From Macrostomum lignano (lineage: Eukaryota): 64,000 bases of DNA. A program made the translations under genes and the position numbers. The notes under the pieces are model-generated. The model worked only from the letters and a program-made list of their open reading frames with translations, did no database searches and was not told where the DNA came from. Positions within the stretch are counted from its first letter, which is position 1. Every line of letters begins with the position of its first letter. The DNA is taken from the NCBI GenBank assembly GCA_002269645.1, contig NIVC01001246.1, forward strand, positions 100,197 through 164,196, in the 5' to 3' direction. Below are positions 11,941 through 23,900 of this stretch, piece by piece.

Positions 11941-14900
11941 TAGATAGATAGACAGACAAAAACTAAGACAGATACAAGACACTAAGACAGACAGACAGAC
12001 AGACAGATACTAAGGCAGACCGACAGCGGACACTGAGACTGAGGCAAAGACAGGAATAGTTGATATTCAAAAAGAATTCGGTGAAGTTCCTTGAATAATT
12101 TCAATACCTCGATCCCAACAACAAAACGCAGATGGCATTCGACGCGGCCGTAGCTTCGCCGAGCCGGCGCCGGCAGCCCCAGCCAACTCCGGGCATCGTA
12201 CACATGCGCCGGGTTGAACTAGCCAAATCCGTCATGCACCTGTTGACCTCCCGAGCCAAAGGCAAATGCCCGCATTGCGGCTGCCGCAAGCCCGGCCTGC
12301 AGCACAAGCACAAGGCTGATGTCTACTTGGCCTCGGCCAGGTCCGGGTACACCGAGTCCCCGATGCTCCGCGCCAGCCGCCTAGCCAGCAATGTCGATGA
12401 GCTGATCGACACTATTGTCGAAGATAGTCATCATCAGTCGTTGCTACCCGACGATGGCAACGAAAATGCAGTCGAAAATGTCGCTCCGTCGCTTCTAGAC
12501 GACACTTTGACCGCTGTGCTGGCCGAAGCCGCCGCCGAAGCCAAGGCCGCCGAGCCGCTCGACGCTGCGTCGTTGGCGGCGGCCGGCGGAGCGTCGACTG
12601 CCGACGGTTCGACAGTTGGACACGAGTCGCGAGTCCTGACGCCGCTAGTGCTGCGCGATCACCTGCGCTGCTTGTGGACGGAAGAATGGGAGATCCTCGG
12701 CGCCCTGTTCCCCTGCCTGACAACCGGCCAGTCGCGGGGTCGCCAGTATCCCACCGACCTGTTCTTCCTTGAGGTCATGCCGGTGCCGCCGCCCATTTGC
12801 CGGCCGCCGGGTCACGTGTCGCCGAACAGTCCGCTGATTGAGCATCCGGAGACCTCCAATTTGTCCAGCGTCCTGCGTCGGTCTCTGGATTTGTCAGCGA
12901 TTGTGCGGGACTCGCTGTTTGAGGCCTCCCAGCCTGCCAAGTGGCATGCCAGTCACGTGCAGGTTGGTCATCTATCTGCCTGTCTATCTGCCTATCTGCC
13001 TAACTATTTTCCTGTTTATCTGCCTGTCTATCTGCCCATCTATCTGCCTATTTATCTGCCTATCTATCTGCCTATCTATCTGCCTATTTACTTGCCCATC
13101 TATCTGCCTATTTATCTACCTATCTATCTGCCTGCTTATCTTCCTATCTATCTGTGCAAGCATCCATTTGGCAGGTTATCCAGTTATCTGTGCTACCAAT
13201 AGTTTTGTTTATTTAAGAACTGTCAATATAAACTCATCAATTCTGTTCTCTCCCGCCGCAGGCCACGGTGGCTCTGCAGAAGGCTATCAACGCCTGCTAC
13301 GACAGCCGACTGTCCGACATTGGTCAGGCTGCCGCGCCCGGACTCAAGCAGCGGTTGGAGAAGAAGGAGGGCCTGCTAAGAATGCACATGATGGGTATTA
13401 TGAGAATGGGTTTTATGTGTCTGTTTAATCTACCGATTTAAAGCTAGTATACAATTCATGCTTATATTTCTAACTTGGCTTGATGGGCAGATTATTTTTG
13501 TAACAGATATAGGCGTTTCTTAGAAAGTCTTATTCTTGTAACAGATAGGGGCGTTTCTTAGAAAGTCTTATTTTTGTAATAGATAGGGAGTTTCTTAGAA
13601 AGTCTTTTTTTGTAACAGATATAGGCGTTTTTTAGAAAGTCTTATTTAGATTTTTACAAGGGATAGGGCCTTTCTTAGAAAGTATTATTTTTGTAACGGA
13701 TAGAGGCCCCTCTTAGAAAGTCTTATTTTTGTAACGGATAGAGGCCCCTCTTAGAAAGTCTTATTTTTGTAACGGATAGAGGCCCCTCTTAGAAAGTCTA
13801 ATTTTTGTAACGGATAGAGGCCTCTCTTAGAAAGTCTTATTTTTGTAACGGATAGAGGCCCCTCTTAGAAAGTCTTATTTTTGTAACGGATAGGGGCCTC
13901 TCTTAGAAAGTCCTATTTTTGTAACGGATATGGGCCCCTCTTAAAAAGTCTTATTTTTGTAAGGGATAGAGGCGTTTCTTAGAAAGTCTTATTTTTGTAA
14001 CGGATAGAGGCGTTTCTTAGAAAGTCTTATTTTTGTAACGGATAGAGGCGTTTCTTAGAATCTTATCTCGGAACATTTCTAGAAATCGTCTTTTTAAATA
14101 TGATTTTTTAAGGGCCATTCTTTTAGCAAAATGCATAGCTGTTTCTCGGAAATACCCCTTTAAATATAACCTTTCGTAGAAAGCACCTTTTGAAACATAA
14201 CCATTTCTACGAAAATGTATTGTGTACGAGCTAACTACGATTAGTTCTAAGAAACTTGAACAACCACTATAAACCCTGAAACCCTTTTCTTCTAAGATTA
14301 TTGTACTCGTACGATCACTTCTTCTAAGAAACAGCGAAATCCGGTTAAAGAAAAAACATTTCTCAGAAAACGTCCCAGTTGATTTTAACAAAAAACTGTT
14401 TCTAAGAAACTTCCTCATCCATATCAATCTCCTATCCTCACGCGCCGCAGGCAAGCGCGTGAATTTCGCCTGCCGCTCCGTGATCTCACCGGATCCGCTG
14501 ATGCGAGTTGATGAAGTCGGCATTCCGGCCGTGTTCGCCCGCCGGCTCAGCTTCCCCGAAGAGGTCACCCCGTTTAATATCGATCGCCTCCGACGCATGG
14601 TTGCCAACGGACCGGACCGACATCCGGGTGCCAATGCCATTGTTAAGCCCGATGGCAGCGTCGTGCCGCTGACTCATTGTTCAAGAAAACTGCGAGCCGC
14701 TTTGGCTAGCGACCTGCGGCCTAGCCAGGGCAGGACGGGGCCTTGGACTGTGCTGAGGCACCTGTGCGATACCGACTATTTGATTATGAATAGGCAGCCC
14801 ACCTTGCATAGGCCTAGTATGCAGGGTCACAAGGTTCGCGTGTTGCCTAATCCGCCTAAGTGAGTTTTTTGTCTGCAGTTTTTCCTTTGTTTCTTCGCCA

Positions 14901-17900
14901 GGTTCTAGAAATTCTTTCTGAGTGTTTTTAGTGTCTTGGGTGCAATCTGGGTGTGTATTGTGTAAGCTGGTGTCTATGGCGTAATCTGGGTGTCTATGGC
15001 GTGATCTGGGTGTCTATGGTGTAAGCTGGGTGTCTATGGCGTAAGCTGGGTGTCTATGGCGTAAGCTGGGTGTCTATGGCGTAAGCTGGGTGTCTATGGT
15101 GTAAGCTGGGTGTCTATGGTGTAATCTGGTGTCTATGGCGTAAGCTGGGTGTCTATGGTGTAATCTGGTGTCTATGGTGTAATCTGGGTGTCTAATGTGT
15201 AATCTGGGTTTCTAATATGTAATATGGGTGTCTATTGTGTATTGTGTAATATGTTTTGCGGTGTGTACTCTAGTTATCTGTATTGTGTAATATTGATGGC
15301 TTTAGCATCATCTGATTGTCTGCAATGCAAAACCTGACTGTCTGTAATGCAACACCTGACTGTCTGTAATGCAACACATGACTGTCTGTAATGCAACACC
15401 TGACTGTCTGTAATGCAACACCTGACTGTCTGTAATGCAACACCTGACTGTCTGTAATGCAACACCTGACTGTCTGTAATGCAACACCTGACTGTCTGTA
15501 ATGCAACACCTGATGGCTTATTCAAACTGCCTCTGGTATCCAACAGAAGCCGCCCGCTCCGCACAATCCGCCTGCACTATTCGGCATGCAAAGCTTACAA
15601 CGCCGATTTCGATGGTGACGAAATGAACGGCCACTGCGTTCAGAGCCTGCCAGCCATGGCCGAAGTGAAGCAGCTAATGGCCGCTCCTAATCATTACCTG
15701 GCGCCGAAAGATGGCAGCCCTCTGGGCGGTCTCATTCAGGTAAGTTATGATTGTGCTTTTCACAATGGCTTTCACAATACTTTAGTTTTAATCAATTCGT
15801 TCAAAACGATACTGTGTTTTCTCCCCCAACCCAATCTCAGGATCACGTGATCGCCACAGTGAAGCTCTCCTGGATCAATCGTTTCCTATCTCGCGAAGAC
15901 TATTTCCAGCTGGTGTGGGAGGGCCTCGACGCTTTAGAGACGCCGCGACAGTCGGCGATTAAAACTCTGCCGCCAACTATTTATCGAATCCGGCACAGTA
16001 GGAAAGGTCGGCGTCGGGTTCAGTGTCTGTGGACTGGGAAACAGGTTAGTTGAGATGTTTCACTTCTTGCTATTCAGTCTACCCGATGCTGTAGTAGATT
16101 GTTATCCACTCTACCCGATGCTGTAGTATATTGTTATCCACTCTAACTAATGCTGTAGTAGATTGCTATGCACTCTACCCGATGCTGCAGTAGATTGCTA
16201 TCCACTCTAACTAATGCTGTAGTAGATTGCTATCCACTCTACCCGATGCTGTAGTAGATTGTTATCCACTCTAACTAATGCTGTAGTAGATTGCTATTCA
16301 CTCTACCCGATGCTGTAGTAGGTTGTTATCCACTCTACCTAATGCTGTAGTAGATTGTTAAAATTCTACCTTATGCTGTAGTAGATTGCTATTCACTCTA
16401 CCTGATGCTGTAGTAGATTGTTATCCACTCTACCCGATGCTGTAGTAGATTGTTAAAACTCTACCTGATGCTGTAGTAGATTGTTATACACTCTACCTGG
16501 TGCTATAGTAGTCTACCAGATCATTTAATAGATAAGCACCCAGTTTACCATATCATCTGGTAGATCAGCACCCAGTCTACCAGAGCAGCTAGCAGATCAG
16601 CACCCAGTATACCAGAGCAGCTAGTAGATCGACACCAGGTCATATATCAGTACACACGTGTGCATCTCAATCCATCCTCCATCCATGCAGGTATTCTCCA
16701 CCATACTTATCAACCTGGTGCCCAATGGCCAGCCACTGCCGAACATCAGCTTACCCGGGCGTCGTATGAAAGCGGAACTGTGGTCCGGCAAGGGCGATCC
16801 GACCTCGCTATCCATGTCTGATGTGGATCTGCTGGTACGCCAGGGCGAGCTGCTCACAGGCATATTGGACAAGGCGCATGTCGGGGCCGCCAGCTACAGC
16901 CTGGTGCACGCTATGCACGAACTGTACGGCCCGCAGACAGCTGCCGACCTGCTGTCGGCCATCAGCCGGGTAGCCAATAGCGGACTTAGAAGCGTCGGTT
17001 TCACGCTGGGCCTAAAAGATCTCATTGTTGATCCGAGCGCGGACAGGAGGCGTAGGAGAGTGTTCAGCAAAGTTGACAGGGAAGGCGTGAAAGCTGCCCG
17101 GGCCGCTATGGGCATTGCGCCAGAGCTGCTGACTCCCGCCAGTCTGAAGTCCGCTCTGCGTGCTGCTCACTTTGATCCGGTGGAGGGCGCCAGGAAGCAG
17201 GTGGGGGTTTGCGGTGTTTGGCCTGCGATTGTGTGTCTTGACATGTATAACTGTGTCTGTCTGGGTGTGTCTGTCTGACTGTGTCTGTCTGACTGTGTCT
17301 GTCTGGCTGTGTCTGTCTGACTGTGTCTGTCTGACTGTGTCTGTCTGACTGTGTCTGGTTGTCTGTGTCTGTCTGGCTGTGTCTGTCTGACTGTGTCTGT
17401 CTGACTGTGTCTGTCTGACTGTGTCTGGTTGTCTGTGTCTGTCTGACTGTGTCTGTCTGGCTGTGTCTGTCTGACTGTGTCTGTCTGGCTGTGTCTGTCT
17501 GACTGTGTCTGTCTGACTGTGTCTGGTTGTCTGTGTCTGTCTGACTGTGTCTGTCTGGCTGTGTCTGTCTGACTGTGTCTGTCTGACTGTGTCTGGTTGT
17601 CTGTGTCTGTCTGACTGTGTCTGTCTGGCTGTGTCTGTCTGACTGTGTCTGTCTGATTGTGTCTGTCTGGCTGTGTCTGTCTGACTGTGTCTGTCTGGCT
17701 GTGTCTGTCTGACTGTGTCTGTCTGACTGTCTGGTTGACTGTGTCTGTATGATTGTGTCTGGTTGACTGTGTCTGGTTGACTGTGTCTGGTTGTCTGTGT
17801 CTGTCTGGCTGTGTCTGTCTGGCTGTGTCTGTCTGACTGTGTCTGGTTGTCTGTGTCTGGTTGTCTGTGTCTGGTTGTCTGTGTCTGTCTGACTGTGTCT

Positions 17901-20900
17901 GGTTGTCTGTGTTTGTCTGACTGTGTCTGTCTGACTGTCTGGTTGTCTGTGTCTGTCTGACTGTGTCTGTCTGACTGTGTCTGTCTGACTGTGTTTGTCT
18001 GGCTGTGTCTGTCTGGCTGTGTCTGTCTGACTGTCTGTCTGGTTGACTGTGTCTGTCTAACTGTGTTTGTCTGACTGTGTCTGTCTGGCTGTGTCTGTCT
18101 GGCTGTGTCTGGTTGACTGTGTCTGTCTGGCTGTGTCTGTCTGGCTGTGTCTGGTTGACTGTCTGTCTGACTGTGTCTGTCTGGCTGTGTCTGTCTGGCT
18201 GTGTCTGTCTGGCTGTGTCTGTCTGACTGTCTGGTTGACTGTGTCTGTCTAACTGTGTCTGTCTGACTGTGTCCGTCTGACTGTGTCTGTCTGACTGTGT
18301 CTGTCTGACTGTGTCTGGTTGACTGTGTCTGTCTGACTGTGTCTGTATGACTGTCTGTCTGACTGTTTGTATAACTGTCTGATTGACTTTAAGACTGTGT
18401 CTATCTGTGTCTGGTTGACTGTGTCTCTGTTTCTCTTATTGCGTGCCTGTCTGCCTGCCTGCCTGCTTACCTCCCGTTAATAAAGCGCCTGAATCTCCCA
18501 CACAGATGGAACTGGACGCCACGGTGACCTCCAGAGTGAAGTCGCTGCAAGACCGCGTGTGCGAGGAGCTGATGCCCGGCCGCCTGATGGTCCCGTTCCC
18601 GGCCAACAACCTGCAGCTGATGATCCACTCCGGCGCCAAAGGCAGCCAAGTGAACGCCCAGCAAATGTCCGTAGCTCTGGGCCAAATCGAAATCGAAGGC
18701 CGTCGAATGGCGCCAACTTTGTCCGGTCGAACCTTGCCGTCGTTTCCAGCGTACGACACGCATCCACGAGCTGGCGGTTTCTGCTCCGCCAGATTCCTCA
18801 CCGGCCTGCCGCCGCAGGAGTTGTTCTTCCACACAATGGCAGGTCGGGACGGGCTTATTGATACGGCCGTGAAAACCTCTCGATCCGGCTATCTGCAGCG
18901 TAGCTTAATTAAACACCTGGAAGGCTTGGCGGTGCAGTACGACTTGTCGGTGCGCAACTCCGATGGTAGTATTGTGCAGTTTCTCTACGGCGAAGACGGC
19001 TTGGACGTGGCTAAGACTCCGTTTCTGCAGCCGGCTCGATTAGATCTGTTTGCAGACAATTGCCAGCTGTTTGCTAATCGGACTGGTCTGGGGGTGAGCT
19101 GTCCTGACTGTTCCTTATGGCGCTTTTTTGTGATCCTAATGGCGCTTTTTTGTGATCCTAGTGGCGCTTCTTTGTGATCCTAATGGCGCTTCTTTGTGAT
19201 CCTAATGGCGCTTCTTTGTGATCCTAATGGGGCTTCTTTGTGATCCTAGTGTCGCTTTTCTGTGATCCTAATGTCGCTTCTTTGTGATCCTAATGGCGCT
19301 TCTTTATTTTCCTAATGGGGCTTCTTTGTGATCCTTATGGCGCCCCTTTGTGATCCTAATGGCGCTTTTCTGTGATCCTAATGGCGCTTTTCTGTGATCC
19401 TAGTGGCGCTTTTTTGTGATCCTAATGGCGCTTTTCTGTGATCCTAATGGCGCTTTTCTGTGATCCTAGTGGCGCTTCTTTGTGATCCTATTGGCGCCTC
19501 TTTGTGATCCTAGTGTCGCTTCTTTGTGGTACTAATGGCTCTTCTTTATTATCCTAATGGCGCTTCTTTGTGATCCTAATGGCGCTTCTTTGTGATCCTA
19601 ATGGCTCTTCTTTGTGATCCTAATGGCTCTTCTTTATTATCCTAATGGCGCTTCTTTGTGATCCTAATGGCTCTTCTTTATTATCCTAATGGCTCTTCTT
19701 TGTGATCCTAATGGCGCTTCTTTATTATCCTAATGGCTCTTCTTTGTGATCCTAATAGCTCTTCTTTATTATCCTAATGGCGCTTCTTTATTATCCTAAT
19801 GGCGCTTCTTTATTATCCTAATGGCGCTTCTTTGTGATCCTAATAGCTCTTCTTTATTATCCTAATGGCGCTTCTTTGTGATCCTAATGGCTCTTCTTTA
19901 TTATCCTAATGGCGCTTCTTTGTGATCCTAATGGCTCTTAATTTTGATCCTAATGGCGCTTCTTTGTGATCCTAATGGATCTTTATTATCCTAATGGCAC
20001 TTCTTTGTGATCCTAATGGCTCTTCTTTATTATCCTAATGGCGCTTCTCTGTGATCCTAATGGCTCTTCTTTATTATCCTAATGGCGCTTCTTTGTGATC
20101 CTAATGGCGCTTCTTTATTATCCTAATAGCGCTTCTTTGTGATCCTAATGGCGCTTCTTTGTGGTACTAATGGCGCTTCTTTGTGATCCTAATGGCTCTT
20201 CTTTATTATCCTAATGGCGCTTCTTTGTGATCCTAATGGCTCTTCTTTGTGATCCTAATGGCGCTTCTTTGTGATCCTAATGGCGCTTCTTTGTGATCCT
20301 AATGGCGCTTCTTTGTGATCCTAATGGCGCTTCTTTGTTGTACTAATGGCTCTTCTTTGTGATCCTAATGGCTCTTCTTTATTATCCTAATGGCGCTTCT
20401 TTGTGATCCTAATGGCTCTTCTTTATTATCCTAATGGCTCTTCTTTGTGATCCTAATGGCGCTTCTTTATTATCCTAATGGCGCTTCTTTGTGATCCTAA
20501 TGGCGCTTCTTTGTGGTACTAATGGCTCTTCTTTGTGATCCTAATAGCTCTTCTTTATTATCCTAATGGCGCTTCTTTGTGATCCTAATGGCGCTTCTTT
20601 GTGGTACTAATGGCTCTTCTTTGTGATCCTAATAGCTCTTCTTTATTATCCTAATGGCGCTTCTTTGTGATCCTAATGGCGCTTCTTTGTGGTACTAATG
20701 GCTCTTCTTTGTGATCCTAATGGCTCTTCTTTATTATCCTAATGGCGCTTCTTTGTGATCCTAATGGCGCTTCTTTGTGATCCTAATGGCTCTTCTTTAT
20801 TATCCTAATGGCGCTTCTTTGTGATCCTAATGGCTCTTAATTTTGATCCTAATGGCGCTTCTTTGTGATCCTAATGGATCTTTATTATCCTAATGGCACT

Positions 20901-23900
20901 TCTTTGTGATCCTAATGGCTCTTCTTTATTATCCTAATGGCGCTTCTCTGTGATCCTAATGGCTCTTCTTTATTATCCTAATGGCGCTTCTTTGTGATCC
21001 TAATGGCTCTTAATTTTGATCCTGATGGCGCTTCTTTGTGATCCTAATGGCTCTTCTTTGTGATCCTAATGGCGCTTCTTTATTATCCTAATGGCTCTTC
21101 TTTGTGATCCTAATGACTCTTCTTTATTATCCTAATGGCTCTTCTTTGTGATCCTAATGGCTCTTCTTTGTGATCCTAATGGCGCTTCTCTGTGATCCTA
21201 ATGGCGCTTCTTTGCTATCCTAATGGCTCTTCTTTGTGATCCTAATGGCGCTTCTTTGTGATCCTAATAGCTCTTCTTTGTGATCCTAATGGCGCTTCTT
21301 TATGATCCTAATGGCTCTTAATTTTGATCCTAATGGCTCTTAATTTTGATCCAAATGGCGCTTAATTTTGATCCTAATGGCGCTTCTTTGTGATCCTAAT
21401 GGCTCTTCTTCATTATCCTAATGGCGCTTCTTTGTGATCCTAATAGCTCTTCTTTGTGATCCTAATGGCGCTTCTTTATGATCCTAATGGCTCTTAATTT
21501 TGATCCTAATGGCTCTTAATTTTGATCCAAATGGCGCTTAATTTTGATCCTAATGGCGCTTCTTTGTGATCCTAATGGCTCTTGTTTGTTATCCTAATGG
21601 CGCTTCTTTTTGATCCTAATGGCTCTTCTTTGTGATCCTAATGGCTCTTCTTTATTATCCTAATGGCGCTTCTTTGTGATCCTAATGGCTCTTCTTTATT
21701 ATCCTAATAGCGCTTCTTTGCTATCCTAATGGCTCTTCTTTGTGATCCTAATGGCTCTTCTTTATTATCCTAATGGCGCTTCTTTGTGATCCTAATAGCT
21801 CTTCTTTGTGATCCTAATGGCGCTTCTTTATGATCGTAATGGCTCTTAATTTTGATCCTAATGGCTCTTAATTTTGATCCAAATGGCGCTTAATTTTGAT
21901 CCTAATATAGGGGTCGGCAAACCTTTTTATCTACTTGCGGTCAGAGGTGGGGAGAAAGAGAGAGAAATAAGGAAGATAAGATCTCCACCCTCTAGCTGCT
22001 GCTTAAACAAATTTCTTCCCAATTAATATTATCATCTTCATAATTCCTAACCCACCGCAGACCAAACTCGAAGCCGACCAAGAAGATCCCACCGATTGGT
22101 TCGGCGTCAATCCCAATTATAACAATTCCAAATCGTTGCGACGTGACTGGCGCCTGGCCCGGCGCGAGACCCGATTGAGCACCAGAGAGTCTCGCATCGC
22201 CGAGGTTCTGCAGCTTGACGCCGAAGATGACAACCAGTACTACAGTGTCCGGCGGTCTACCGCCTGTCCGGTGCTGTCCAAGCATCCGCCTCATCTGGTG
22301 CTGGGCTCGGTGTCCGAGTCCTACCGCGACACCGTGCTCAAATATGCCGAGAAAAGATTCACGGATGCCGATCAGAGCAGCACCGCTGAACAGTTTCAAC
22401 GCCTGATGTGGCACCGGGCTCGAGCTTCGCTAGTCGATCCGGGCGAATGCGTCGGCCTGCTGGCATCACAGAGTATCGGCGAGCCATCAACTCAGATGAC
22501 GTTGAATACGTTTCATTTTGCTGGCCGCGGCGAGGTCAACGTGACGCTTGGTAATTTGTGTTTCTAAGAAGGCACAGAGAGTGTACAAGCCAGGGCCGAT
22601 GTACATGTACACCCTGTGTGAGCCTGCGTTGTCTGCTCCCCGTTGAAAACGTGACAAGACTCTTTTAAGTCTTGGTCGGCTCTTTCGCTATTCTACAACT
22701 TCCACTTAGCGACTCCTATTGCGGTAAAAAAAACTTGTTCAATACTCCCAATCTCTACAGGTATACCTAGACTACGAGAAGTGCTCATGACCGGCTCGGA
22801 GACAATTAAAACTCCTCTAATGGTGCTCAAAGTATTGCCGCACGTGCCCGACTCGCCAGAGCTTAGCCATCGATTGGAGCAGCTTATTCGGCGGTTTAAC
22901 AAGGTTCTACTTGGCGAATTACTGCAACAGATCAGCGCCACTCATCTGCACATGCAGCGGGCGCTTAAATTCACTTTTCAATTTAAACGCCGATCAGCCT
23001 ATAAAGCCAAAACTTTTCTGCGGCCTGAACAGGTTTGAAATTTTATTACTATTCAACAAAAGTTCCACTTCCGGTTCGATAAAATATAGTTTCTATTTCT
23101 TTACAACTTCGAATTCTTATCCACTAGTCCCTTCTGATCCGCTACTGATTACACTTCCGGTCCGCTAATACAGATTACACTTCCGGTAGGCTAATGCAGA
23201 TTACACTTCCGGTCTGCTAATGACGTAGATTACACTTCCGATCCGCTAATATAGATTACACTTCCGGTGCGCTAATGCAGATTACACTTCCGGTGCGCTA
23301 ATGTATATTACACTTCCGGTCCGCTAATATAGATTACACTTCCGGTCCGCTAATATAGATTACACTTCCGGTCCGCTAATATAGATTACACTTCCGGTCC
23401 GCTAATGCAGATTACACTCCGGTCCGCTAATATAGATTGCACTTCCGGTCCGCTAATGCAGATTACACTTCCGGTCCGCTAATATAGATTACACTTCCGG
23501 TCCGCTAATGCAGATTGTACCTCCGGTCCGATAATTCAGATTGCACTTCTAATCCGATACTGATTTGACTTGCGGTTCGCTAATAATTACTCACTTCTGA
23601 TATCCTACAAACCGCCCCTCCCAATATTCCATTTGTTTTCAGGCCATGCGCTTTATCGAAACGAAATTCCTGCCTCGTCTAGCCAAAGAAATCGAAGTCC
23701 GCGTCAAAGAACGCGTCTCCGAGTCCGTGCTCCGAGCTCTGGCCAATGCGACCTCCGACATTGTCGGCGGGGGCGGCGGTGGCGGAGTCGCTGACGACAT
23801 GATGGACGACGTTGACCGTCGACACGGCAACGGCAACAACAAGACTGAAGCCGAGGACGAAGACTATCGCGAATTCGAAGCCGAGGACGCCGAGCGATCT

